This document shows positions 49,831-63,565 of a stretch of 64,000 nucleotides of DNA, piece after piece. Both the position numbers and the translations under genes were made by a program. Under the pieces are notes generated by a model. It saw only the letters and a list, made by a program, of their open reading frames with translations, ran no database searches and had not been told where the DNA came from. This DNA is from Octopus bimaculoides (lineage: Eukaryota), in the NCBI RefSeq assembly GCF_001194135.2, contig NC_068981.1:45060227-45124226 (forward strand), written 5' to 3'. Every line of letters starts with the position of its first letter. Positions within the stretch are counted from its first letter, which is position 1.

Positions 49831-51390
49831 TAAATAATGTATATAATATAAACGATAATATTTACTTACATCTGCATTCAATTATAATATTTTTTATAAT
49901 GACTTATTACAATATTTATTTTCGTCAACTCAGGGCTTTATTCATGTTTTACGATATTACAGTTCTCAGCAAATAAACGTCTTCGTGAGTTTCACGATTT
50001 TATTCGTACTAAAGTTTTCAATTTACCTTCATTGTATAGAGCACTCATTTTCATTTCTGCTTCCTTTCTCAGGTCTTGTTCACATATTGTATTAATTTTC
50101 TACTACACAGATGTGCCTTTCTTAGCTATTCATTCGTTAGAAATCACACAATATGATACCGACGCAACATTTCATATACCTTAATATTACAGCCATTTAT
50201 ATTTCTATACCCATCTATAATTAATTACACATCATTAGATTTATTAATATTGCATCTGTTGTTAATATTATTCTTAGCAGAAGTATTTCTATTTTAATTA
50301 TTTATTTTTTATAATTAATTTCGTCATGTTTAGGATACCTGAGTCATTATCATTATCATTCTAATCATTTCTACACTTTTCTCTTTAATTATTTTGGTGA
50401 CAATATAAAGTAATCTTTTACTTTTATTTTTAATTAGTGTTTCCAGCTTTTTCTCGCCAATTCTTAATTTAGCAGCACTTAATTACAAGGAAACACAGAG
50501 CTATATTATTTTAGCTTTAATTACATAGCATTTTATTCTTCATTTATCCACAGTTTCTTACATTCTATCTTCTTTAGTGCACACATATGATTAGCTGCAT
50601 ATTTGCTTATTTAGATATTTATTTTACATGTCACGATTATAAGGAACACGTTTATAGAGATTGTTTCTTTGAGATCTGGCACAAAAAGTTTGCCATGAAT
50701 AAGTATTCAAAAGTTACATTCATTTTTTGTATTTATACACACATTTCTTTGTAAGTGCATTGTGTTTCATTACAAACCGTAATATTTATACTTCCGATTA
50801 TGAAATCGCTCATTAGTTTATAGAAAAAAAGAGATAGTATAGCCCACATTGAAACTTGCATATGACTAATTTTTCTTTTCCAAACGCATCTCCAAATATA
50901 TATGTCCGTGTGGAAATCTACATTTATACATATATACATACTCTCCCTCTCTCTCTCTCTCAAACACACACACACATACATGTATACACACATATCTACA
51001 TACATACATTTATATGCATACACATACATATATATATTTATATATGAAATCATATTATATACACATATATACACATATACATGTATAGGTTTCGAGTATA
51101 ATGTTTCTAAAATTACTTTGTTCTTTGTTTCGTTATGTAATAATTAGATGTTTGTTTATACTTTAGTAATAAAGATGGTTCCGAACTCTGCTAAAGTTAC
51201 AAGATACTTTGTTTTCATAGTGAATAATGATGGTGATGAAATGTTTGAACTGTCACGGTGCTACACACTTTTTGAAAGTAGGAAATTTCCATACTATGTA
51301 TATACATGCTCGGGTGTATATGTGTGCAGGCGCATGCATGTATATGTGTTCATGGGTGTGTGTATCTGTGTGCGGTAATGTATTATTGTT

Positions 51391-51437
<47 letters not shown>

Positions 51438-52319
51438 NNNNNNNNNNNNNNNNNNNNNNNNNNNNNNNNNNNNNNNNNNNNNNNNNNNNNNNNNNNNNNN
51501 NNNNNNNNNNNNNNNNNNNNNNNNNNNNNNNNNNNNNNNNNNNNNNNNNNNNNNNNNNNNNNNNNNNNNNNNNNNNNNNNNNNNNNNNNNNNNNNNNNNN
51601 NNNNNNNNNNNNNNNNNNNNNNNNNNNNNNNNNNNNNNNNNNNNNNNNNNNNNNNNNTATATATACATATATATATATATATATGATATGATAATCCAGG
51701 ATATGGTTAATTTGTCATAGACGATAAATTCTTAATTTTCCATTGAGTTTTAAACAACCCTATACGTTTCCTTTATTCACTCACACTCACACCATTCACT
51801 CTCTCCTTTTCTCATCGATACATTGACTCACCTCCAAACATATGTCCATGGATGGTGTAATGTATATTGTTTGACTATTGGTTCTTTTTGTTCTTATGTG
51901 AAAGAAAAAAAATAGAAAATAGAAGTCATCATCGATGCAGATTAATGAAATTCAGTTTTCTAATGAAAATATGAAATTTTATTTGAAATGTAACAGATAC
52001 GTTCAATATTTTGTACCAGATTACACCTTTCAGGAAAATCGGAATAAGATGTATGATAAATAATTTGGCATCGGAAAATTAATTATTGTTCGTTTCTTAT
52101 TTCAGTATTGTATTTAAGGGCGAACTGACATTTTTTGGTAAAAAGAAATGGATTTCTGTTTAACAAAAGTACTTGACGTGATTGAAAATATTCGAGGGCA
52201 TTTCTGAGCCCAGCATCATCAAATTAGTTAGGACTAATTGTAAAAAGTGAAACAACTAATTTTTTTTTTGAAAATGCTGACGGAATTATATGTTCTTATA
52301 CATTCGTGCATTTTAAGGA

Positions 52320-52510
52320 GTTGTGCTAGCAGAATGATTAGCGCCCCTAGCGAAATGCTAGCGGCCTTTCGTTCGTCTTTACGATGTACATTCGAATTAT
52401 GACGCGGTCATATTTGCCTTTAATCCTTTCGGACTCGATAAAACTATTATTAGTTGAGCACTGGAGTTCATTCGCTAAAAATATCTGACCCGGTTCCAAA
52501 ATTTGAAACG
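52320..52510 (+). mobile_element. SINE type C, diverged
   Basis: gctagcagaatgattagcgccc..gaaatgctagcggcctttcgttcg..ttgagcactggagt..ccaaaatttgaaac. Confidence 0.7.
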
Positions 52511-53749
52511 TTATATTAATGTATCATATGGAAGAGTAGCTTTAATATCACATGAGGCCTCGTAGGTTCGTTACAATGAAATTAAGGTTTTGATCAAGGT
52601 TTTGTTTCTGTCACTTGTTGAAAAGTACTATCGAAAACCACCTAATGCATCATAGGTGCTAGCATTATAATAAAAACGGATGTATTTCTGTGACGAAATA
52701 ATTAGTAGTAATCCACGAAAGTGATAAAATCTTATTTCAATAAAATCGCAATATTATCAACTAAATATTATTGATTTATTTCTATAGCTGGTCATTAGCA
52801 ACAATCTGTTGAGTAGAATAATTCAAGACTTTATAGCCCACATTTTTCAGATTTATAATAATGAATCACTTTTAATTGCACAATGGCGTATAGATTTTTT
52901 CACTAAAATGATTGCATTCATGAGGGTCTTTATCTAGGTTAATAAAAGAATTCTTTTTTTTTTCAATAGAGTTACATAAATTCGTGTAACAGCCTAAAAT
53001 TTTCAAATAAACAGGGATTACAATTCGGCATTCATAAATAATATTTTGTCTCCTAAGGCTGGCAAAATGCACCTTATTTTATTCTATATAGTAATTTTGG
53101 CATTCTTGAAAATTGTTTATGTATTGAGAAATGTATAAATGGACTTGTTAGATTACTGCGCAATGTCTAGCAAAATCACATGATAGTTGGTGATACAGCA
53201 TTCTGTTGCAGCTATATGACATTTGTTTGCGACTAAGTGATATGTGGTGACGATTCACTCCCAAACTGAAATAGCCTTCCAGACAATGTATCATGAATGG
53301 TTATGTGGACCATTCCTAACGAAAGCCTGAGCTTCCTTCGACTACTACATAGAAAGTATTAAGAAGAAAATGTTATTTAGATATACTTTTATTTTAGTTG
53401 TTTACACTGTTTTCTGCTTCTTTACACTCTTATACTTTCAAAGTTCACAAATATCCTTATTTAAATTATGAATCATATTCGTTTCGATAATATCAATATG
53501 ATTACAAAACTACTTTGTAGACGATATTCTCTGTTTGGTCGACACTGATTTTTCAAATTACTGGAGTCCGTTGTTATAATCATAACGACATATAACTGGC
53601 CGTGTGTAAACATCAGTGTTAGGTAAAAATACACCTACACGATCTAAAATCTGGCCCTGTGCCTTGTTTATATTGAATGCACGAGTGGAATCTTTAGGGT
53701 TCCAAAAAAAATCAAACTAAGACAGACCTCTCATTTTTCTATGCGCATA

Positions 53750-53789
53750 TGACTGACTGACTGACTGACTGACTGACTGAATGACTGAC
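53750..53789. repeat. (TGAC)n microsatellite
   Basis: Direct inspection. Confidence 0.95.
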
Positions 53790-54834
53790 ACAAATATTGT
53801 CTGGATGTTCTGGTTCAATGGGTTATTTTGATTGATAAAACTGAGATGTAAACAACAGCCTTAGAAGTACATAGATTTTCCCTTAGTTATGATTTTGGGA
53901 CTAGTGTATTCGTTCTTGCAGTCACGTCTATTTGAATCAAGACTGAAAAATATATATTAAGTGTGTGCTAATATATGTAATATTAAAAACTGACATACTC
54001 TCTATGAAATCCAATAAGTGTGCCTATTTAAAACACCTTAAATGAATTTTATTGCTGTCAAACTTATTTATATATACGTTGTATGCACCATATATGGAAG
54101 TGTATGAATTTTCAAATACAAATTTATTTTTTATTTACACGTCAATTCTCCTTCCGACTTAAGATATCTTCAGAAAAACTGGTGGTTAATAATAGTATTA
54201 AATAATAATTTCAGGTTTATAAAATTTATGATTTAATCATGTATTGGAAATAAGTCTACTATTCGTAGACAAAAAGAACTTTACATGTCGTTACTAATTA
54301 TCTAGTCACAGTTTTGATATATTTTAAAGAAATAAATACTCTACGTGTAATAAGGTCTAAATAAAGGGGATTGCGTATGTTATAAACTGATATAATCAGC
54401 TATAGAGTCATTACTATATAATGATTTGTGTGAACATATTTCTATATCTGTGTTAGTGTATTTACGTAAAATATCCAGGTATATTAATTATTTTCTCTCC
54501 TATATTAAATCAAATTTCCCCAGCTCTCCTTTTCAGTTCCTTTTCCTTTTCTATGAAAACATACTCAACAATCATATACACAACAAATTCGAAATACACT
54601 TAATAAAAAAATATCTTGACATATCAATACTGGGACTAGATGATTAATTACGTTATATAGCTTATTTTTGTCTATGAATATAAGTTAAATCATATACTGA
54701 TTATTTGTATAGAGATTTTCATACTTATACTAATTTATATAAGTAAATCATGAAGAAAAGATATTAGAATTCTTTGGAAATAATTCTAATTAAAGGACGA
54801 ACTTACATTCATCCGATAAATATATATATAAATA

Positions 54835-54838
54835 TATG

Positions 54839-54929
<91 letters not shown>
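54835..54929. repeat. (AT)n-(GT)n microsatellite
   Basis: Direct inspection. Confidence 0.95.
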
Positions 54930-54934
<5 letters not shown>

Positions 54935-57829
54935 TAAATGTATGTATTCATAAATATTATTGCACATAGGTATCATTTGAGCGCAATATCAAGGATTCGA
55001 TAAATATCGAGGAAATATAGGAGCTGAAGGAAATGTTCAGGTAGATACTTTTGACAGATACTTTATATATTCATGCCTTCCCCAGAAGATGAGGTAAAAC
55101 GCAATTGAGAGAAGAGAAACAATGCTTTTAAAACGATTGGCTACTACTTGAAAATGCGGAATTTAATCTCGAAGTTTAAAAACTAAGTTATAGGTATAGA
55201 AGTGTATGCGCATCTTATACGTTGATTCGGGTTTGTTCATGAGTAAAAGTGCATGATAACGCCTGCACGTACAACGTAATGTTACTTAGATCTACTTCGA
55301 ACATCATAATAGGTTTAACGTATATTATTGTTGTATGTGAAAAAATGTGTTTGCCTCTGAATTTCTAGTGATGTTAGTGGGCGATTGAGTGAGAATAGAA
55401 CAGCTTAATAAACGTAGTTCCTGCAAATAATTTGAGCGCTTTAATTATATGCTTTTTGTCCTAGTATGTGTGAGGTGTGTACTAACATCAGTGATATGCA
55501 TATTACTTGAAGTGACATGTATTAAAAATACAACAACTGCTTATCAAACACTTACAATGAGTTATTTTCTTTGATAGGGAATTCAACATACAAGAAGTAC
55601 AAGTCGCTTACGTTCTATTCAGATCGCGTTTAAGGGGGAAATTATTAGAAAGAATGATACATAGAATCATTTATATATGAGTAGGTGTGCATTTTGAAAC
55701 GTGCCTCTATGTAGTTTGTTAAAATACACAAGGAGTATAATAAGATATACATTGTAAACTTCCATACTTCGGTTCGATTTCACCTGTAGAAGCAGATTTA
55801 TTTGTATTCATATACTGTATTAAGTACGCTGACTGGAAGCTACACGGTCAAACGTAGGATATAGTTTATAGAGTATAAGCTATTAACTGAAGATCTCCAC
55901 GAGTGATGCGGCTGAAATTTTTTTCTAGTGTTACCTGCAAAGATATTACTTTTGACGAAGTTCTCTATAGCATTGGATCATTCCAAAATGGCAGCTAAAA
56001 TCTCATACATTGCAGATGAGATTCTACGTAAATGGTTATAAAAACGTTTATCGACTGAACGTTATAACGAAGAGCCTTATAAGAAAAATATATCTTTCTG
56101 CATTTACATCAACGGAAATAATTTGTGTGATGGTGTTTTACTCTATAAAATATCTGCTGCAAGCTTCCAATAAATTGAAGTCAATCATGTAGATCAACGG
56201 AGAAAATCCTAGAATTTATTAAAAAAAAAAAACAATTCAAGGATTATTGATTCAGAAAGTATATGCCAGCATTCTATACATTACACGAATGTAGTAATGG
56301 CTGTGATGTTATGTAGATCAGGGACTAAACAAAAAGTATGGCTTCCGTCCCAAAATGTGGCATCTTGAGAAGAAGCTAAAAGCTGGAATAGCTCAAATTT
56401 GATGAGTTGTGTATGCATTTGTGAAGGATTCTGTGTATGAATGTGCGTGCGAGTGCGTAGGTGTGCTCATGGGCTCATAACATTATTGATACTGAAATAA
56501 TTGTGTTGGTTAGTCATAAAACGTCGTCCTTAGATGCCAAATATTGAAGGTTATTATTCCAAGAATGATAATTGATGAAAAATATACAATTAGAGTGGAG
56601 GATGTAAAAAATGAAACCGTTTAAATTTAATGCCGAATCTCCATTACAATAACAGAAGCTTTTGAAAGAATAAACTGATTTTAAACTGCTGTTAATCGTC
56701 TTCTAGAAAAAAACATCTAATTACGATGTTTTATATGAAGAGAAGAAGCATAGATAGTTATGAAACGGATATCTTTCCGATGAGCGGATATATGTCCTGC
56801 ACTACGTTTTCAAGCAGTGTTGAAAAATATTTTGTGTTGTGTTTAATTCATTGCTCAAGATTACAGAGACGAAAATCTTCTTTGGAATGAATTTTTATCT
56901 CTCAAAAAATACGTTTAGCATAGAAAAATAAACTAAACACTTATTGCTAACTTAGGATGCCATGAATATATTTGTTTTTATTAAATCACACATTTTACAG
57001 GGGACTTCCTTGAGCAATCGGTATTAAAAATGTTAAACTGTAAAGAGATATCAGTAAAGATACAAACTGAAAATTATATATATATGTATATATAAAATGA
57101 AGGTGGCAAACAAAAACTTAAAATCGCTAAGAGTGACAAGTGTGCAGTGAACACCACTACTGCTAGAAATAGGTGACGCAGATCCTTCACTCACAAAAGC
57201 ACCTGGACTCTTTGTAATTACAGGGGAGAAAACTCTCCCCACTGTGAGCGAGATGTATTTGTTTATCATGCTAATTTCGTTTGTGTATAAATACTCATAA
57301 GTAATGCTCACTCCATCACAGCTGGCAGAGGCCAACTCACCCTTTAAATATTATGGAGAATGGTTACTGGAATTAGATGCTGATTGCACAACATTTCAAT
57401 GTAAAAATTATAAAGTAATCAAGGTGGCTGGCAGCAATTCAAAACCCTCACGCACATTATGGTCAAGGCCTACTAAGAAAAAGCTAAATGAAGCTAATCA
57501 TTCTTAGGCATTCTACGTTGCAACGGGTTTAGTGAGTATGTGGATTGTACACATTTTCTCGGATAGGAAGGAGGCGAAACATTTGATCGCAGTATCTTAA
57601 AACTATGTTTTATTTATAGAAACTGTAATTTATCATTTGTTACTCGGCTGCTCCAAATTCATGGAAATATAGCCTATAAGTTAAAGCCTTGTTATGAAAC
57701 TTTTGAAAATAGTGACACAGCCCAGATAGGTGACGCGTTGTATGTGGGGAAAATGAATAACCGAGATAACGGATGGAATGATGTTCAGAATCTGAGGTTC
57801 GTTTATTCGTTATTTCATTAACGACTGGT

Positions 57830-57958
57830 GTTTTATCTGTGCAAGAGCGCAGGCTCGAAACGTTAAAGACTTCAATTTCCGAGCGTTATACTAATACATC
57901 TGTTTGTTTTCTACACAACCTGTCTACGTGTTGTGCTTTTTTTCTATGAATTCTCCCT

Positions 57959-57960
<2 letters not shown>
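57830..57960 (+). other. Short repeat-like segment with a degenerate minimal hammerhead-like motif, ending in (AT)n
   Basis: CTGtgcA-a-GAGC-gcag-GCTC-GAAACGTTA: perfect stem II, palindromic AACGTT stem III, 2 core mismatches. Confidence 0.45.
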
Positions 57961-58003
<43 letters not shown>

Positions 58004-58617
58004 NNNNNNNNNNNNNNNNNNNNNNNNNNNNNNNNNNNNNNNNNNNNNNNNNNNNNNNNNNNNNNNNNNNNNNNNNNNNNNNNNNNNNNNNNNNNNNNNN
58101 NNNNNNNNNNNNNNNNNNNNNNNNNNNNNNNNNNNNNNNNNNNNNNNNNNNNNNNNNNNNNNNNNNNNNNNNNNNNNNNNNNNNNNNNNNNNNNNNNNNN
58201 NNNNNNNNNNNNNNNNNNNNNNNNNNNNNNNNNNNNNNNNNNNNNNNNNNNNNNNNNNNNNNNNNNNNNNNNNNNNNNNNNNNNNNNNNNNNNNNNNNNN
58301 NNNNNNNNNNNNNNNNNNNNNNNNNNNNNNNNNNNNNNNNNNNNNNNNNNNNNNNNNNNNNNNNNNNNNNNNNNNNNNNNNNNNNNNNNNNNNNNNNNNN
58401 NNNNNNNNNNNNNNNNNNNNNNNNNNNNNNNNNNNNNNNNNNNNNNNNNNNNNNNNNNNNNNNNNNNNNNNNNNNNNNNNNNNNNNNNNNNNNNNNNNNN
58501 NNNNNNNNNNNNNNNNNNNNNNNNNNNNNNNNNNNNNNNNNNNNNNNNNNNNNNNNNNNNNNNNNNNNNNNNNNNNNNNNNNNNNNNNNNNNNNNNNNNN
58601 NNNNNNNNNNNNNNNNN

Positions 58618-58910
58618 CTACAAAATAAGCTGTATGGATGGTGAGTGTAAAAAACAGAAACACCACATATATAGGTGAGACGGCAAGAAGTTTGGCTGAG
58701 CGTGTAAACGAACATTGGAGGGACTATAATAATCAAACACAAACCTCGGTGCTCTACCAGCATGCCAAAGAACAACATGGTGGTGTACTGGACAGAATTA
58801 ACATAGAAATCCTGTCTAGACACCCCGGTCACGCATTGTTGCGACAAATACAGGAGTCGGTCCTCATAACTGAAACGCAACCAAATTTAAACACCAAATA
58901 CACGTAGATT
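58618..58910 (+). mobile_element. Penelope-like GIY-YIG endonuclease C-terminal fragment
   Basis: ORF 58638..58907: TYIGETARSLAERVNEH..LYQHAKEQH..EILSRH..LLRQIQESVLITETQPNLN. Confidence 0.88.
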
Positions 58911-59034
58911 AGGGCCTTACAATTGCCCATGGTTGCATGTGTTGTTCACACATATGATGCGGAATATGAACGTAAATAAATTAATTAAAACGTCTATATC
59001 TGATCTGATATAAACGAAATTGTTACAAACACAC

Positions 59035-59870
59035 ATATGGCTGGCCAAGATTATCCTGCCCGGAGTGCAGCGGGACATCGACGTATTGCTGGGGTTCAGC
59101 GACTTGATCCTGCCGACCAAGGTGGGGGACTCCGCTACATGCAGCGTTAGCATTTCGTCTACAATTCTTCTATCTATCATAGACTGACGGACGCGAATGC
59201 CATAATTTTGGGCAAACGACTCAGCAAAGCTGAGTTGACGTGCTTTCTTTGCAAATGGCTGCGACGACTGGCTACTGGCCCTGCTTGCACAACATTGTGT
59301 TTCCCACGGAAACAGCTGGCCATAATCCTCTCTTCAAACTGGATGACATGCGCTGGGTGCTTCCTGTTGACATGTGACTTCAAGTTGTAGAGCCTCGCCG
59401 CTTGTCTCTTAATGGTGGGCAACTTGAGCTGGTACATGAGGCACCGGAAGAACAGGATTTTGGTGTCCCTCTTGTCCCTTAACGTAAGAACAAAATAGTC
59501 TTCCATGTAGAGCAACGATTTCTGAGACATCTGGCTCCCAGCCTGAGCAAACTCTGTCTTAAATACAGCCGTTGCAGACTCCCCAATAGGCTCTTCATTC
59601 TCAAGCCAAACAAAAGCGTCGTCACCTTACATAGCTATAAACCATAACGTGATAAGCCGATAACGTACAGTGCAGTCACTGACAATATAAGACTGACTAT
59701 AATGTGATACCATCGTAAATGTACAGAACTCAAAACTGCACAATTGCACAATGCTGATCAGTTACATGCTGTTGCGTCGACCAATCACGTCTTGTCACGT
59801 GTACACGTAGTAAGCCAATAGCGTGCCCGATGGACTTCGAGGCATGGCCGCAACAGACAGGAATTTTGAT
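59035..59870 (-). mobile_element. hAT (Ac/Tol2-like) transposon 5' fragment with BED zinc finger
   Basis: ORF 59177..59530: LYMEDYF..FRCLMY..YNLKSHVNRKHP (BED; second Cys decayed to Tyr). ORF 58917..59180: IVDEMLTLHVAESPTLVGRIKSLNP..MSRCTPGRII. The 5' boundary is approximate. Confidence 0.78.
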
Positions 59871-59978
59871 CTAGTGATTTAATTTTCACCCAAGTGCATT
59901 ATCACACATACTAACATATACACATATTTATAGATGTGGGTATGTGCATGTATACATGTGCATGCGTCTGTTTGCGTG

Positions 59979-60028
<50 letters not shown>

Positions 60029-60038
60029 CATAGAAAGT

Positions 60039-60146
60039 ATGAAAGGCGAGGTTGATCTTGGTGGCATCTGAAATCAGAACACAAAGAACCCACAGAAATT
60101 TCTCTTAGTGTTTTGTCCGTGCAGCAACCATTCCACCAGCTCGCCG
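60039..60146 (-). mobile_element. SINE type C 5' part
   Basis: Minus strand: cggcgagctggtggaatggttgctgcacggac..ctgatttcagatgccaccaagatcaacctcgcctttcat. Confidence 0.7.
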
Positions 60147-60865
60147 ACGTTGTAATTACAATAATACTAATGACAATAAAACAATTACAACAGTAAAGCT
60201 TGTATTATTTAACACATCGTGAAACAAAGCGTGGATGGCAGAACAGGCTGTATTGGATAACTAATAATTATGTTCGAGTAAGCCCTCCTACCAAAAAAAA
60301 AAAAAAAAAACATATCTCAAAACGCTTTCATGATCCAGAATTGCAATACGTATTACGAAATACAGATGCTTCTCTTGAAACCATCTGCTCTGCTTCCCCA
60401 AACCCTCTGACTTGAACAATGGTACACAGTTTAGCGGCTGCATCTAGACCTGAAATCTGCATCTAGATCTGAAATGTTTAATGAGCTATTCATGCTTATA
60501 AAGCGACTCTACGTAAGCGACTCTGTGTAAGGACATGTTGAAGTGACAACTTACTGCTCTGAAAACATAGGGAATTCTATCTTTAAGGTTATTGGAGTAT
60601 TTCAACAGTAACATTTTAGTAAATACATACTTCAACTGTCAGTCGAATATTTCTCGTTCTGTCAGAATATGTTTCTACTCCTCCGTGAATTTCGTTGGTT
60701 ATAAGATTTTGCGTGCAGCGGTGTTGTTCATCTACGCAATGTTGCTGCTGAATATGGTTCTTTAAATCGTGTTTGTTTTTCTTGATTATAACGCTTTATG
60801 TGTGCTACACATATATTTTTTATTTTCGTTGCGTGTAGATTAAATTCCGTTTGCATTTCTTGCAG

Positions 60866-61038
60866 GCTTTCCAATGTTAGTGCTGTCTGCGCGGTTGATT
60901 GTTGTCGTGCTCGATTTGGGTTTGATATTACATTGTATCAAATTAGAGCTAAAAGTCACCACGCTGAATATGAGTTTCCATCACAATGTGACCATTGCTA
61001 TGTTTTACAGTTGTATTCTTTTTAGTGAAAATATCAAT
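60866..61038 (+). CDS. Candidate exon (unverified), hydrophobic signal-peptide-like start
   Basis: tttgcatttcttgcAG acceptor at 60865 and AAT|GTAAGA donor at 61039. Open frame MLVLSARLIVVVLDLGLILHCIKLELKVTTLNMSFHHNVTIAMFYSCILFSENIN. No recognisable homology. Confidence 0.2.
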
Positions 61039-63565
61039 GTAAGAACGCATATCTTTAAATTTTGGAAACTTCTAGTATTTGACGTGTATTGTTCTCAAAT
61101 GCACTTTGAAAGTTGTGAAATCTGGTCAAGTTACTTTCTGAATTTTAACACACTTATATATATCGCTACTTTTTCTAAAATGTATTTGTTTCGGGAGATC
61201 TGGTTCGTGTGCTTGCCCCATATTGCATGTGATGTGATAAGCAACTACAAATAAGGAATTAAAGCATGGAGTTTTACATATAACTCCTTTATTTTGCCTA
61301 ACGTAAACATAAGGCACGTTACGCATATGATCAAAGTTACAGAGAAATATTTTTTATACGTTGTTATATTTTGAATTCCTTTCAACATGCTAAGATGTTA
61401 TATTAAAGGTGTTTTTAGAACTGTCCCAGAAGGGCATGTTTAGCATTCAGTACATAATTTAGATAATCCCATGCCTTTATGCTTCAGTTTAGCTCTGTAT
61501 TTATGTATTAAACATCCGGCGTTATTTGTTCTCTTAGAACAACGATAGTTACCAATAGTAATCGACGATTACGTCGCCATAATCTTCATACATGGAAGAA
61601 TCTTAATATAACAACGGTTTCCTTTCGACCAAGATTATATTGCACTGCTGTTGGCTCAAGCGGAATATACATTAGAGCTTGCAGCAAATTTCTAGGCATA
61701 GAAGAATAAAATTTTACAAAATAAAAATCGATTTGTGTGAAATCGTTTTTGTCTAAGATATCATTAATTTGCGTGATATTGGTGACACTGAAATGTATTC
61801 GTTTAGTCTCCCGACTAGCCTTATTTGTGAGGGTATTGAAGGCAATAAATAAGTTCTGATAACAGCGCGTTCACTACTTTTGACGGAGTGGTAAAGATTT
61901 ATTAATATTTACTTTCTCAGCAAAAGCTATCTTTATTTTCTACAAGAGAAACGGTCTATGTGCTGTGAGACGCTTAAAAAATGTCGTCTATATATAAATG
62001 CATATGTAATTATTTTGTCTCGCCATTTGAAATATTCCGTATGCTTGTAATAGCATTTAACAGATAAGATTTGTTTTGTCTAAAAGTAGTTTATGCGCAT
62101 TTCTTGCTTAAATCATATCACACACTAAACTTAATTAAGTCTTCCACATACGTTACCGGTTAATTTGGTTGGACGTAAACCGATGTTCTTATTGAAATTG
62201 AATTTATATGTAGGTAAGTAGCACAAATAGTTTTCGAAGATGAATACCTTGCATCTCATATTTATTATTAACATTCTGTCTTCGATACATTTTTTGTTTA
62301 ATTTCCTCGTTAGCAAGCAATGCTAAATTCAGTGTGAGTATGATTAGGACTTTCTATTATTCAGTATGTAGATGCCCATTTAATTTAGTAAGTAGCCGAG
62401 GGTTACTGAACGGGATCTACATATACTAATAGTAGCAAGATATAAATGTAACGAAGAAATTGTATAGTGTGCTTCATTTACAAATTGAGACATGTGCACT
62501 AAAATTGTAAGTCATTCTTATTCAATAATATAAATATACAGCAAATGACAAATTGCATATGGTGTAGAAATATATTCATTTACGTGTAAAGTGAGCAACG
62601 CATGACTGATAAGTTGAATCTACATAAAAAAGACGAAGAAGAACTTAAACTTTAACTATAAAACATGAATATTTCAGTTATATGACCAAGGGTGGAAGCA
62701 AGATATATTTACTGAAATTTATGTACGGAATATCAAGCATAATGATTAAACTTGTATAAACATACACACAAACAGTCACTCACAAGCACACAAACGCACA
62801 CATGCACACACACAACACACACACACAAGCACGGTGTGACATAACTACACATGTACATACAGGCTTGTATATATATTACATTAATGTGAATCAATCAGTA
62901 TACATATCTATGTACGTCTATGTACATCTAAGCATAAAACTATATATGTAATGGAGAAAAAACTATTACAAGAAAATACTACACAGAAACTCTCATACGA
63001 GTGTCCAAGCATGCGTAAGCAATGCATACAATGAGAGCTTCTGGTGAATGATGAGAGTGATGAAAAAATAAAATAAGAAATATGAAACGAATGACTATAG
63101 CTCGCAAAGCAAAAACGTGCGGTTTCTTATACGTTGTGCTGTACAAGACAATCTTGTGTGTACAGAAAATTGATTTCAATACTGATTCCGTTCAGTAAAT
63201 GTATATACGTTCAATTTATTCAGATGTAACTGGAACAATTGGATGTCTAGAACATAACGTGTAAGCATAGATAGGAATCTATGTACATTAATAACTGTTA
63301 AATATAGAAATGTAGGTGTATAAAGGGTAACGAGGGCAAATATATGTACTACAAATAGCGCGTCGTTAAAGGGACATAACCACAAATCTTTGAAGCTATC
63401 CGTAATGAAACACAGAAGATATGAACTAAAAGATATAAGAAAGCCTCACATATCTTCAAATGAAGTGTGTAACGTGTTCCTGACAAGCTGAATATATCTA
63501 AGAGGTATTAAGAGGAGCATTTAAACTATATACAACGATGAATTATTACAGATTTTAATTTCTAG

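Larger units (their letters stand above)
4872..58617. other. Assembly gaps (N): 4872-4949, 12092-12174, 15439-16028, 19586-20002, 22704-23187, 25724-25938, 36084-36518, 37904-38651, 39254-39372, 41380-41389, 47917-47977, 51438-51657, 58004-58617
   Basis: Direct inspection. ORF-track entries spanning these gaps are artefacts. Confidence 0.98.

Noticed and set aside
50041-50190. Strong acceptor-like tract (ttcctttctcAG) near 50072
   Set aside because: No matching donor or recognisable reading frame follows.
4734-58880. Numerous ORFs rich in YI/HT/CV/LS repeats or X runs
   Set aside because: They are translations of dinucleotide microsatellites and N gaps, not genes.
14353-60146. tRNA-like A/B boxes as true tRNA genes
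   Set aside because: All are degenerate, lack a full cloverleaf and continue into shared SINE bodies.
12890-60524. Short repeats as a CRISPR-like array
   Set aside because: There is no constant-length repeat-spacer periodicity and no cas-like ORFs; the context is eukaryotic.
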